A stretch of 64,000 nucleotides of DNA from Candidatus Bathyarchaeota archaeon (GCA_963739305.1 CAVTZU010000013.1:32001-96000), one strand, 5' to 3'; positions 30,962 through 40,944 are shown, counted from the first letter of the stretch. Notes: generated by a model not told the origin, from the sequence alone. Numbers and translations: made by a program.

Positions 30962-32173
30962 TCAGTCTGCGTAGCTTTGGTGTAGGTTGTTCCTGCAGAA
31001 CATTGGCCAATCCACGCTGGTGGTTTTGACTTGGAAAGCGTAGAGCGCGTAATCGTTTGTGATGAAGACTTTTCCGTCGGCGACGCTGGGGCTTCCGAAT
31101 CCGTCGCCTGATAGTTCGGTGGACCAGATCGTGTTTCCTGTTGTTTCATTTATCGCGTAGAAGGTTCCGCTTAGCGACTGGTAGAGGATTATTCCGTTCG
31201 TGAGCACGGGGCTACAATAAGATAGGTCTGGGCGGGCCAGGTTAGGCGGGTTTGTTATGAGTGCCGCGGTGTGCCAAAGTTCTGTTCCCGACACAAAGTC
31301 ATAAGCCCAAATCACGCCGTTTTGGCTTGGGATGAAGATCTTGCCACTGTGAATCAGCGGGGTGCTCTGTCCTCCTCTTCCCTCGAACCGTCTGATCAAC
31401 TGCCCGGTTGTCTCGTTTAGGACGTAGGTTGAGACGTTGGTTCTCGTACTTGTTCCTGCAACCTGTACGACCGTTCCTTCGTACACGACGGGCGAGGAAT
31501 CCCATGAAGAGCCGTAGGTTTCGTTCCAAACGACTACTCCCGTGGTAGCGTTGAACGCGTATTGTCCAGGTGGATCGTAAGCTGATATGAAGACAAGGCC
31601 GTTATCATAGGCTGCGGAGCACACGACTTTTCCTATTTCTTGATGCCAAACCGGGTTTCCGTTGGTCTTGTTCAGTGCGTAGATTCCTGTGCCTAACGTT
31701 GTGTAATAGACGAATTCGTCTTTCACGACTGGTGAGCCGACCCATGCTGTGTCGTTCGGCTCTGTGAAAGACCAGATTATGTTTCCTGAAGTTCTGTTTA
31801 ACGCAATGGCTCTCGGCTGAGGTGTCGGTTCTCCGTTGGGGCCAGAACACTCGCCGACGTATATCACGTCCGAATCGATGCAGGGAGACGCGTCACATTG
31901 TCTCACTTCGTGAACCCAGATGATGCCGCCAGTTGAAGCGTTTAGGGCATAGACACTGTTGTCTCCTTTTGAGGGAGCATAGAGGACTCCGTCCTTGTAG
32001 GTGGCAGTTCCGAAGTTGTCGAAGCCGTGAACGCTTTCCTGTTTCCACAGGAGTGGTATGGCAAAATGATTGGCAGAGAAAAAGTACCAGACAGAAACGG
32101 CTGCGATGATAATTGCGGCGACGAAGAATGTGCCTATCAACAGTTTGGCGTGTTCTCGCAGACCCATCTTCAT
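30962..32173 (-). CDS. PQQ-binding-like beta-propeller repeat protein, membrane anchored
   Basis: Repeats of YALN..TG..IW and SSP/GSP; C-terminal WPMF..N..H. Confidence 0.9.
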   Translation of the reverse strand: MKMGLREHAKLLIGTFFVAAIIIAAVSVWYFFSANHFAIPLLWKQESVHGFDNFGTATYKDGVLYAPSKGDNSVYALNASTGGIIWVHEVRQCDASPCIDSDVIYVGECSGPNGEPTPQPRAIALNRTSGNIIWSFTEPNDTAWVGSPVVKDEFVYYTTLGTGIYALNKTNGNPVWHQEIGKVVCSAAYDNGLVFISAYDPPGQYAFNATTGVVVWNETYGSSWDSSPVVYEGTVVQVAGTSTRTNVSTYVLNETTGQLIRRFEGRGGQSTPLIHSGKIFIPSQNGVIWAYDFVSGTELWHTAALITNPPNLARPDLSYCSPVLTNGIILYQSLSGTFYAINETTGNTIWSTELSGDGFGSPSVADGKVFITNDYALYAFQVKTTSVDWPMFCRNNLHQSYAD

Positions 32174-32345
32174 CTACAAGGTAGAAGAGTTATGTTTCAG
32201 CACTTATGCTTGTTGTCCAGTACTTCGACTCACGCTTAATAAATCGATGTGATAATTGCCTGGTGAAAAAGTGAATTGTCGAGGTTCGCATCGTTGATGG
32301 TGAAGTGAAGATTGTTAAGTAGACGAGGTTGCTAAAGTATGGAAC

Positions 32346-32678
32346 ATGGCGTACGTGAGGAAGGATCAGGAAACAATAGATTTTGCATACGAATTTACAA
32401 AAGTCTGGAGTGCTATTCCCAAAGCCCTCGAGAGCCTGGGTTGGAGCGTTGAGAGCGTCGATGAATCGGCTCATCGTGTCAGAGGGAAAACCAAAGGGCG
32501 CCTCATGGGGTACGGTTCAATTTTGCTGATCGAAGCGTCGCCTGTTGATGAAGGAAAAACTAGGGTTTCTGTTGCTGCTGAAACGCCAGTTACGACGATT
32601 ACGTCACTGGCTGACTTTGGGGACACGAGAAAACGGGTTGAGATATTCTTTCTAGAGCTCCGGAAACAGTTGCAGTAG
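32346..32678 (+). CDS. Conserved hypothetical protein
   Basis: 110-aa ORF with globular alpha/beta pattern. Confidence 0.65.
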   Translation: MAYVRKDQETIDFAYEFTKVWSAIPKALESLGWSVESVDESAHRVRGKTKGRLMGYGSILLIEASPVDEGKTRVSVAAETPVTTITSLADFGDTRKRVEIFFLELRKQLQ

Positions 32679-32709
32679 CCGACGGCGTCTTTATTCTGAT
32701 GAGTGTGTT

Positions 32710-32776
32710 GGATTCAGGCCGCGAAGGAGAAAGTGTGGGGGGATGTGGTTAAAACGCAAGTTAGCGGCCTGAATCC
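32710..32776. other. Perfect 13-bp inverted repeat, candidate structured RNA
   Basis: GGATTCAGGCCGC (32710-32722) / GCGGCCTGAATCC (32764-32776). Confidence 0.6.
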
Positions 32777-32938
32777 TCATCCAATATGACTTACGTCATA
32801 TTCCTACTTATAAGATTAACGGCCATAACCGCTTCTTTCCAAGTCACGCAAATCGAGGCTGAAGGCGTCGAATCCTCATGGCTCAGAGACGAAGACGAAG
32901 TGGCTATATACAGGAAAGTAAAGTAGACTAGTTCCAGG

Positions 32939-33015
32939 GGGCCGGTAGTCTAGCTCGGTAGGACATCTGCTTGACGTGCAGAAGGTCGCCGGTTCGAGTC
33001 CGGTCCGGCCCACCA
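32939..33015 (+). tRNA. tRNA-Val(GAC)
   Basis: GGGCCGG/CCGGCCC stem, TCTGC-TTGACGT-GCAGA arm, TTCGAGT, CCA. Confidence 0.95.
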
Positions 33016-33189
33016 ATTAAAAACATTTCCATTGCTCTCGATGTTATTTGAAGAATTGACCTGTGAGAATTGCGTCAACAATTGTTTCAAGTGATTTTCA
33101 AAGGTTTTACTAAGATTGAAGCCTAGTTCACGAGTCTTTTCGACTAATTCCTCATCAACGTATAGAACAAGATTATGTTTGTTTGACAT
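32950..33189 (-). CDS. CcdA-like / ribbon-helix-helix protein reading into the tRNA-Val antisense
   Basis: KHNLVLYVDEELVEKTRELGFNLSKTFENHL resembles CcdA-type antitoxin N-termini. Confidence 0.6.
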   Translation of the reverse strand: MSNKHNLVLYVDEELVEKTRELGFNLSKTFENHLKQLLTQFSQVNSSNNIESNGNVFNWWAGPDSNRRPSARQADVLPS

Positions 33190-33369
33190 TTGCGTTTGCA
33201 CCCGGGCAGGGGCGAGGGGAAGTTCAATGTTATATGTTTGATGATTTGCGGGCAGAACTTAACGAAAAGGAAGATTTCGATATAACCCACAATGCGAATC
33301 TTGAAGCAAGAAACGATATTGCCAAAACCTAAATCAGAGGTCAAATCTAAGTAGTTTAGGTCACCAAAA

Positions 33370-33837
33370 ATGAGCGAGTCTGACGAGTATTATTGCCCAA
33401 ACCAATATTGCAAGATAGAGAAACTAACAGTTGGAGAGAAAGCGTGCCCAGAATGTGGAGCATATGCTCGAAAAATCCAAGGGAAGGACCTAGCCAAACT
33501 TCTACAACAGAAGCGCGCACTCTCTCTACAACAGGAAAGGGAACCAGCTCCCACGCTAGCATCCAAACAAGACGAAAGAATCCTCTTCTCCGATGAGATG
33601 ACGGACGATCAAATTCGTATGCTTATATCACAGGATATGTCGAACTTGGCAATCAATGAAGCCGGAACCGCCTGGATGAGTCCAGGCACACTTCTCTCCT
33701 TGAAAGCAACAGACCAGATGATAGGATCAGGGTTCAAGGCTCTAGTAGACCAGAATAAGATCATGATAAGGCAGAATGAACTCATCATCAGAGGTTTGAA
33801 GAAACTGGCCGCAAAAATGGACGAATCCCGTCACTGA
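33370..33837 (+). CDS. Zinc-ribbon domain hypothetical protein
   Basis: CPNQYC...CPECG at N-terminus; ALVDQNKIMIRQNELII coiled segment. Confidence 0.75.
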   Translation: MSESDEYYCPNQYCKIEKLTVGEKACPECGAYARKIQGKDLAKLLQQKRALSLQQEREPAPTLASKQDERILFSDEMTDDQIRMLISQDMSNLAINEAGTAWMSPGTLLSLKATDQMIGSGFKALVDQNKIMIRQNELIIRGLKKLAAKMDESRH

Positions 33838-34050
33838 TTGTGCATGCTACGTCCAATGATGCATAATTGCTGACACTTTATCGCTATAGCGTTTCTAGAC
33901 TGCAAACCAATCAAGCAATGTGCACTTCGTGCACACGACGAGCCTACCTCTTTCCAAACCTCTAGCGCGCGCGATAAAACTTCACCGTTTGGGTTTGGGA
34001 CAAGACTTTAATTCAAACTGATTCAAACTACAAAGTGGAGCCACGGGTTT

Positions 34051-34821
34051 ATGTGGAAAAAGAAAGAAGAGAAGAAAGAAGAGAAAGAGGAAGATTTGTT
34101 GAAGAAGCTATGTGGGAACGACACGAAATTGTATGATCTTCTCAGTCAGAGCTTGTATCTAGATCCTAAAGCGGCCATATCCAAAACGGATCTCAAGATT
34201 CTCGTCGAGGAGGCAGAGAAAAGTGTCGGGGATGAAGATTATCGAGAAGCAATGGCGAAATATAGAACGGCATTGGATAAGGCCATTTTTGAGGCCACTC
34301 AAAATCCAGGGGAAATGGGTACATACATTAAAGTCAGTCAAGACCTCGCGTCGAAGACTGCAAAAACGATAGAGAAAGCAAAAGAGAAGGGAGAGAAGGA
34401 AGGATTTGCGTCCCCTTCTCTTGAAGGAAGAATCAAATATTATGAATCTATGAGCGAAAGAATTGAAGATGTGATAAGAATAGCTTCTCTCTATTACAAC
34501 GAGATATTAGAAGAGTTGGGAGCAAGCGCGCGCTCGCAAGGACGAGAAGCAAGAAGAGGAATGAGACGAGACGCTGAGAGAGAAGAGGAAAGAGACGAGA
34601 TAGACGCAAAGGAGAGGCGAGAAGCAAGAAGAAAAGAGATGGGAAGAGGAGAGCGAAAAGAAGCTGAGAGAGAAGATAAGGAAATAGAGAAGAAAGAAAA
34701 GGAGAGAGGAGAGGCAAGAAGAAAAGAAGGAATAGACGCTGAGAGAGAAGAGAATAAGATAGAGGAGAGAGAAAAGGAGAGACGAGAGGCGAGAAGAAAC
34801 GAAAGGGAGAAAAAAGAATAA
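34051..34821 (+). CDS. Hypothetical protein with long E/R/K charged helical tail
   Basis: 256 aa; C-terminal third is internally repetitive (REARR, AEREE). Confidence 0.75.
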   Translation: MWKKKEEKKEEKEEDLLKKLCGNDTKLYDLLSQSLYLDPKAAISKTDLKILVEEAEKSVGDEDYREAMAKYRTALDKAIFEATQNPGEMGTYIKVSQDLASKTAKTIEKAKEKGEKEGFASPSLEGRIKYYESMSERIEDVIRIASLYYNEILEELGASARSQGREARRGMRRDAEREEERDEIDAKERREARRKEMGRGERKEAEREDKEIEKKEKERGEARRKEGIDAEREENKIEEREKERREARRNEREKKE

Positions 34822-34864
34822 CTTGGACAAGACGCACACGCTAAGTGATGTTTGGGTTTGGGGA

Positions 34865-34955
34865 TAAAGTCTTATCCCCCGGCTAAATTTCCACAAGTCA
34901 GCCATCTTTTGAAAAATTCTTATGATAAATTTCTATATAAGAAAAAATGAAAAGA
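34865..34955 (+). repeat. Dispersed 90-bp repeat, copy 1
   Basis: TAAAGTCTTATCCCCCGGCTAAATTTCCACAAGTCAG...GAAAAAATGAAAAGA aligns with 45202-45290. Confidence 0.85.
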
Positions 34956-35257
34956 CTACAAATGTTCTGCAATGCGTTACATAGAAGACCCAGTATGCCC
35001 CTACGACGATCAAGAGTACGAATATAGAGATGAGAATCATCCGCAGAATCCTGAACAATCAGGGTGAACTTGAAAGCAAGACGATGATTATTAAGGCATT
35101 TTTCTCTAAATTCCATTTTCCAAATCGATAGAATTTGTAGAATTTCTATTCTTTTTGTCTGTTTAGAATTTTGGAATTTTAGGAAAACACTGGACTAGCG
35201 AAGCGGAACCTTGCAAAGATCCTGAATTGCTTCAACGACAGCAATCGCACAGTAACA

Positions 35258-35301
35258 CAAACACGCAAACAACAAAACATCAAACACGCAAACAACGAAA
35301 C
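35258..35301 (+). repeat. Tandem 21-bp direct repeat (period 23)
   Basis: CAAACACGCAAACAAC(A/G)AAAC twice. Confidence 0.8.
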
Positions 35302-35365
35302 TTCGATGAAAACATCCTAGCGCGCGCGTTTGGAGTGTTTTCGGTTTTGTTCGAAGTGTAGGCGG

Positions 35366-35482
35366 GACGAATACTATTCAGCCACATTTAGCTCAATGAG
35401 CGAGGCCCGAAAGCTTGTTGAGGCTGGATTTGAGTACGTCTGCACCTATGAAGGTCTCATGGTCTTCAGAAAGCGCGAGTAG
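35366..35482 (+). pseudogene. C-terminal remnant of a tyrosine integrase
   Basis: DEYYSATFSSMSEARKLVEAGFEYVCTYEGLMVFRKRE*, the tail I recall from bathyarchaeal site-specific integrases; catalytic domain absent. Confidence 0.7.
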
Positions 35483-35544
35483 CGCGCGGGATCGTCGCTA
35501 CCTTCTTAAGTCAATAGAACCTACAACGAATGCTGTAGTAGCTT

Positions 35545-35790
35545 TTGAACAGGAGCAGCGGTGTTTTGACGAACATCACAAAAATGAGTAGGGCAGAAAA
35601 GGCGATTAATGAGATGCCACGTGGTTTCTGGATAAATTCTAGAAACCTTGCCAAGAACGCCTGCTTAGGTGTTGCGACCATGACAAATTATCTTGTGAAA
35701 GCAAGGAAACGAGGACTAGTCGAGAACAAGCACGTGGCGATCAGCAGTTATAGTCAACTTCACTTGTGGAGACGCAAAACCCTAGATTGA
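35545..35790 (+). CDS. Small putative winged-helix protein
   Basis: SRNLAK..CLGVATMTNYL....KRGLVE HTH-like pattern. Confidence 0.5.
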   Translation: MNRSSGVLTNITKMSRAEKAINEMPRGFWINSRNLAKNACLGVATMTNYLVKARKRGLVENKHVAISSYSQLHLWRRKTLD

Positions 35791-35866
35791 TGGTTTTCCG
35801 AGAGGACCTCGTCCAAGAAAAACGTGCGCTACATTGGCCGCAACAACGTAAGGAGAAAGAATCTGC

Positions 35867-36052
35867 TCAGCGCGGGTGTGTATTATATGCTACAGTATCA
35901 TAATGAGGATTCTTAGTCCCGCATGTTCCGCAGAACTTCTCCGTTATAGCTACAAGTTTCTTGCATTCTTTGCAGTCATACATCAATTGCTTACCACAAT
36001 CCGTGCAGAACTTCTTCTCCAAGTTATCTGTTCCACATGAGCACCGAACCAC
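35867..36052 (-). CDS. Double zinc-ribbon protein
   Basis: CSCG..KFCTDCG..CKEC..KFCGTCG. Confidence 0.8.
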   Translation of the reverse strand: MVRCSCGTDNLEKKFCTDCGKQLMYDCKECKKLVAITEKFCGTCGTKNPHYDTVAYNTHPR

Positions 36053-36213
36053 AGTCTACAACCCCATTATGAGTGTCTGTTCCGCGTTTTTAAGTCATTC
36101 TAAAATAGTCAACTAATGCTAAGACTTAATGGAGAGATTATCAACAGAAACTACTCGGAAAAGTCTAGTCGCAGCTACCCTTGCGTTCCTGCCTCCTGTG
36201 CCAAAAGAAGCAA

Positions 36214-36393
36214 TCAACAGTCCCGCACTTCCTTTTTCCTCGCTTCCCAGTATTCTTTTGCTTCCCCGTATTCCTTTTCTTTCTTGGCTACTCCCGATTT
36301 AACCCTACATTCTGGACATAAGCACTTGCCTGTGTATTGCACATACCGGGTGTAGAACATCTTCCCGCAATTCTCGCATCGGTGATCGCCCAT
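36214..36393 (-). CDS. Small zinc-finger protein (59 aa, not in ORF track)
   Basis: MGDHRCENCGKMFY...KCLCPECRVK... Confidence 0.7.
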   Translation of the reverse strand: MGDHRCENCGKMFYTRYVQYTGKCLCPECRVKSGVAKKEKEYGEAKEYWEARKKEVRDC

Positions 36394-36523
36394 GATTTCG
36401 CCTTCCGTATAATGGTTATCTTCAAAGGATTTAACAGGTTCTACATTAGTACACTAGCGCGCGCTCTAAGATGAATCGTGAATTCAGCAATTTAATAAAT
36501 CCATTGGAATAACGCTCCTTCCA

Positions 36524-36760
36524 GTGATACCGTTGGGTTTCCCTGGTTTGTTGGAAGGTGTAATAATTGTGTTCGTGGGTGGATTCATGGCTCTAGCTGG
36601 ATTTGGAATGATTAGTTTGGGAAATCTGTTCTATTCATATCTTACTTGGCTAGTAGGAATTAGACCCTACTCATTCCCCATGGCGATAGCGCTTATTATT
36701 TTTGGTGTGGCTCTGTTACTTTTCGGAAAAAAAATGACCCAATACCAGCGAAAATACTGA
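36524..36760 (+). CDS. Small membrane protein (2 TM)
   Basis: Two hydrophobic helices and a basic tail. Confidence 0.6.
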   Translation: MIPLGFPGLLEGVIIVFVGGFMALAGFGMISLGNLFYSYLTWLVGIRPYSFPMAIALIIFGVALLLFGKKMTQYQRKY

Positions 36761-36763
36761 GGT

Positions 36764-36775
36764 TAGCGCGCGCTA
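36764..36775. repeat. Perfect copy of recurrent palindrome TAGCGCGCGCTA
   Basis: Also perfect at 44082-44093; near-perfect at 33963, 35318, 36455, 41230, 45307. Confidence 0.8.
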
Positions 36776-36937
36776 GTTGGGGAAGTAATCGTTTTGGCTG
36801 AAATACAGGACAGAATCTATAGCTAGAATCCGATGGCATCGTGCGCGTATAGCAAGTAGTAAATGAGATTTGCTGGCGAAGGCGTTATGGAAATGATACA
36901 TAGTAATTTTGCCTATAACTTTGAAAGGCGGCAAGTT

Positions 36938-37162
36938 ATGCCAAAATGTCCGAATTGCACAGCTCACATACCAAGGACCACAAAAGAATGGAACTTTGGC
37001 CGATTCACAGCAAAGATGTACAAGTGCACTAAATGTGGAAATCAATTTAGAGAATATTTCGTGGGAAGCGCGTTGCGATTTGTTTTGAGCGCGCACAACG
37101 GTGGTTTGGGAAAGATTAGAGTGAGGAAAGAAACGACGGACAGGTTCCAAACCTATCACTGA
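36938..37162 (+). CDS. Small zinc-ribbon protein, Cren7-like pattern
   Basis: MPKCPNC......KEW......KMYKCTKCG.QFREY. Confidence 0.65.
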   Translation: MPKCPNCTAHIPRTTKEWNFGRFTAKMYKCTKCGNQFREYFVGSALRFVLSAHNGGLGKIRVRKETTDRFQTYH

Positions 37163-37338
37163 CTCTCCTCTCTCGCACGCGCTTTTTTCTTTAAGTCCAA
37201 CGTTTTCAAGTATCAGGAGGGGCAGAGACCCGTATTCTTGCTTGCTTTTCTGGCACGCACGCTAGTTCCAGTCCTGGCTAGCTGCACGCAGAAAAAATAT
37301 AAGATGAATCCTGCGTATAGGACTATGGAGGAGTAGTT

Positions 37339-37860
37339 ATGCCTGAAAAGAAAAAGGGAACCCTCGCGATTAAGAAGGCAAAGAAGACTGTGCTTGCCGT
37401 TAGGAAACCTCAGCCCATTGTAATTCAAAACTTCAACGATCTGCTAGACGCCTTTCGAGATGAGTTCGGGGGTTACTTGTGGGATCCCTATAGGGGATTC
37501 GAGTGGCCTGTCGAATATGAACTGCCGATGCGAATACCATACGTTGACGTTATCGACTCTGTCAACGAGTACGTCGTGAAAGCGGAGCTTCCAGGGTTGA
37601 AGAAGGAAAACGTGCAGATTGAATTGGCGCCGAACGAGTTGTCAATCACCGCTAGAGCTGGTGTGGAGACGGAGGAGAAGGGAAAAACCTATTTGCACAG
37701 GGAAAGGGCGTTCTCCACGTTCCGCAGACGCATCGGATTCGGAGATAGAATAGACATAGAAAAAGCGTCAGCAAATATAGCTGAAGGTATCCTTGAAATA
37801 AAGCTTCCCAAGCTCGAGCCCAAGCCTGAAAAGAAAACCAAAAAGATAACACCACAATAA
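37339..37860 (+). CDS. Small heat shock protein Hsp20/alpha-crystallin
   Basis: P.VDVID....YVVKAELPGLKKENV, RER..STFRR.I, GILEIKLPK. Confidence 0.93.
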   Translation: MPEKKKGTLAIKKAKKTVLAVRKPQPIVIQNFNDLLDAFRDEFGGYLWDPYRGFEWPVEYELPMRIPYVDVIDSVNEYVVKAELPGLKKENVQIELAPNELSITARAGVETEEKGKTYLHRERAFSTFRRRIGFGDRIDIEKASANIAEGILEIKLPKLEPKPEKKTKKITPQ

Positions 37861-38272
37861 ACCCTTTTTTCCATCTAGCTAGTTAACTGGAACGTTCAAA
37901 TAAGTAGCACTTGCTTTCTACATTATAGCGATCGGTCGATGCACGCGTGACTACTTCCATTTGTGGACTGTGATATCGAATTCTTGCCACATTGGATCAC
38001 CTTCTTGTGCCATTACTGTATTCAACATGTTCATCCATGCAAGCTTTTGAGACATGATCATGAAACTCCATTGACCTACCGCTTTACTTCTGTCTGCTTC
38101 AACTTCATCATGCCCAGAAGCCTTCAGGACCCCAGTTCTCCAGTGTTCGTTGTGAATATACCCTGACAGTCAGAACTATCCGCGCGCGACGGGCTGTGGT
38201 GAAGATTTATATCGGTGAGCACGTTTGCCTTATTTGTACTAGTAAAATTCTAACCTTGAATGGAGGGTTTGT

Positions 38273-39928
38273 ATGGCTTACTTGACAACAACTGCGACGG
38301 GACAACCAGTTTTGATTCTTAAGGAAGGTACGACCCGAAGCAGAGGAAAAGAAGCTCAGAGAAACAACATGCTGGCAGCTCGTGTGATTGGTGAAGTGTT
38401 GAAGACTACTTTGGGACCGCGCGGTATGGATAAGATGCTAGTTGACAGCTTGGGAGACATAACGATAACGAATGACGGTGCGGTAATACTGAACAAGATG
38501 GACGTTGAACATCCAGCGGCAAAGATGATGGTGGAAATCGCAAAGACACAGGACGACATGGTGGGCGATGGGACAACCACCGTTGTAGTGCTTGCAGCCG
38601 AACTGCTGAAAAAGGCTGAGGAGCTTCTAGAACAGAATATCCACCCGACAATAGTTGTGAGCGGCTATCGCAAAGCAGCGCAAAAGGCAGTTGACGTCAT
38701 AAACAACATCGCAATCCAAGTGGACATCGAAGACCGCGCAACACTCAAGAAAGTCGCGGTGACCTCAATGGCGAGCAAAGCGGTCGGCGCAGCAAAGGAA
38801 CATTTTGCAGACATCGCTATTGACGCTGTGAGACAGATAGCTGAAACGCGTGGAGACAAAATGCTGGCGGATATAGACAACATCCAAGTGATAAAGAAAA
38901 CTGGCAAAAGCCTCTTCGAATCCCAACTCGTCAAAGGCCTTGTGATAGACAAGGAAGTTGTTCACCCCGGAATGCCCAAAAAAGTCGAAAAAGCAAAAAT
39001 AGCCTTGCTCGACTGCGCTCTAGAAATCGAGAAAACGGAGATGAGCGCCGAAATAAGGATACACGACCCAGACCAGATGAAAGCGTTCTTGGAGCAAGAA
39101 AACAAGATGCTGCAGGACATGGTTGAGAAAATCAAAGCTTCGGGTGCAAACGTGGTTTTCTGCCAGAAAGGCATAGACGAAATGGCTCAACACTTCCTGG
39201 CAAAAGAGGGAATAATGGCTGCTAGAAGAGTGAAACAGTCAGACATGGAAAAGTTGGCAAGAGCGACAGGTGGAAGAATAACCTCAAATTTGGCCGATCT
39301 CAGCGCGAAAGACTTGGGTGCGGCAGGCATTGCCGAAGAGCGCAAGCTGGGCGAAGACAAAATGATCTTTGTCGAAAAATGCAAGGACCCACGCTCAGTT
39401 GCAATCATCATAAGAGCTGGACTCGAAAGAATGGTTGACGAGGCTGAAAGAGCGATGACTGACGCCTTGTCAGTTGTTTCCGACGTGATAGAGACTAACA
39501 AGATAGTTGCAGGCGGCGGTGCAGTGGAAGTCGAAATGGCTAAAGAATTACGAAACTACGCTACAAGCGTGGGCGGAAGAGAACAACTTGCAATAGAAAT
39601 GTTTGCTGACGCTGCTGAGGTAATACCTAAAACCTTGGCTGAAAACGCGGGACTGGAGCCCATTGACATAATCGTGGAATTGAGAGGTGCACATGCGAAA
39701 CCAGGGGGTCAATACAAGGGCGTGAATGTTTTCACAGGAAAGGTTGAAGACATGCGCAAAGAAGGCGTCGTCGAACCGATGATCGTGAAAGAACAAGCAG
39801 TGAAGTCAGCCACGGAATCCGCAGCAATGATACTCCGCATAGACGACGTGATAGCCTCAACCAAACCCAAAGAAGGACCTGGAGCAGGCAAACCACCTGG
39901 CGGCGGGATGCCAGAAAGCGAAGATTAG
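38273..39928 (+). CDS. ths: Thermosome (group II chaperonin) subunit
   Basis: [38 protein letters not shown]. Confidence 0.97.
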   Translation: MAYLTTTATGQPVLILKEGTTRSRGKEAQRNNMLAARVIGEVLKTTLGPRGMDKMLVDSLGDITITNDGAVILNKMDVEHPAAKMMVEIAKTQDDMVGDGTTTVVVLAAELLKKAEELLEQNIHPTIVVSGYRKAAQKAVDVINNIAIQVDIEDRATLKKVAVTSMASKAVGAAKEHFADIAIDAVRQIAETRGDKMLADIDNIQVIKKTGKSLFESQLVKGLVIDKEVVHPGMPKKVEKAKIALLDCALEIEKTEMSAEIRIHDPDQMKAFLEQENKMLQDMVEKIKASGANVVFCQKGIDEMAQHFLAKEGIMAARRVKQSDMEKLARATGGRITSNLADLSAKDLGAAGIAEERKLGEDKMIFVEKCKDPRSVAIIIRAGLERMVDEAERAMTDALSVVSDVIETNKIVAGGGAVEVEMAKELRNYATSVGGREQLAIEMFADAAEVIPKTLAENAGLEPIDIIVELRGAHAKPGGQYKGVNVFTGKVEDMRKEGVVEPMIVKEQAVKSATESAAMILRIDDVIASTKPKEGPGAGKPPGGGMPESED

Positions 39929-39941
39929 AAAGGTTTCCCAG

Positions 39942-39952
39942 TTTTCTTTTTT
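39942..39952 (+). terminator. Oligo-T terminator after thermosome gene
   Basis: TTTTCTTTTTT just after the stop. Confidence 0.55.
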
Positions 39953-40208
39953 CCAACTCTATTTTTGCATATCAAGAACTCAGTGTGATTGAATAGCGAT
40001 TCAGTCCACGCTACTAAGCACTTGCCTTTATTTCTCCTTTGAAAACTCGGTAGCACCTTTCTGAGCAGAAGCCTTGAAAATCATTATCTGGCATGAACAG
40101 TTTTCCACAAGTTTTGCACTTCTGTTTAGCCCTTTCCTGCATTCACTTCTTCCCCTAATCAGAATGTCATCTTGACTGGTTAAATGTTTAACCATAACGC
40201 GCGCTGAT

Positions 40209-40460
40209 TTAGTCGTCTTTGTATTCATCTTCAGCGAGTTCAACTGAAACGGTGTCCTTGTGTGTGGGGCGTTTCATCTTTTCTGGCGTCATCTCTCTTC
40301 CTTGCATGAACGCGTTTTCGGCGGCGGTAATGTCGTCTTCGTCCAGCATTTCTTCTCTCTGTTTGTGATCATAAATGTCCCCAGTTTCTTTCTCCTTCTC
40401 TTGTTCAGCGTGGTCAGTGTCGATGTGCTCAGTCTTCTTTCTTTTGCCTTGCGAATGCAG
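40209..40460 (-). CDS. Small acidic hypothetical protein (83 aa, CTG start; not in ORF track)
   Basis: Open frame ...GDIYDHKQREEMLDEDDITAAENAFMQG...ELAEDEYKDD*. Confidence 0.6.
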   Translation of the reverse strand: MHSQGKRKKTEHIDTDHAEQEKEKETGDIYDHKQREEMLDEDDITAAENAFMQGREMTPEKMKRPTHKDTVSVELAEDEYKDD

Positions 40461-40944
40461 TCACTCTAAGTAGTCAAACACGCATTGTGCAATATAAAGA
40501 GCGTGCGCAACAGGTCTATTTTGGAAAAGATGCTATTGAGAGTTGAAGAGGAATGTGAGAGAGCATGAGTAGTGAACAGAATCCACGCAAGAAACCAATA
40601 GAGAGTGTTCGTCGTGACAAAGCGAAAGGTCATCAAACGAGAAGAGCCCGTGGAGGAAAGAAACAGAAGAGAAGGTAAGATTCTAGACGTGACAACCAAA
40701 ACCTACGAGCGCGTGATAAGCATGCAGATCGAAAGTGTGCCAAAACACGCGCTTACACACTTAAGTTATTAATTCGATACCCTTATAAGTGAGTATGCTC
40801 ATAATATAGTATGAGGATAAGCAAACACGATTGATGTACAATGATCACGGAAAGGAGAGCGATAGTTGGCATATGGCAATTTGCTTATTGGAAGAATACC
40901 TAACACGTGCGAATCGTGCACAAAACTGATATTAGGTAATAGAA

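Larger units (their letters stand above)
33016..37270. mobile_element. Decayed integrated element / accessory islet downstream of tRNA-Val
   Basis: Begins at the tRNA 3' end; RHH gene, integrase relic, many tiny Zn-finger ORFs, AT-rich spacers; right boundary uncertain, no attR seen. Confidence 0.55.

Noticed and set aside
34448-34905. Leu/Phe/Ser-rich minus-strand ORFs
   Set aside because: Antisense shadow of the purine-rich E/R/K tail of 34051-34821.
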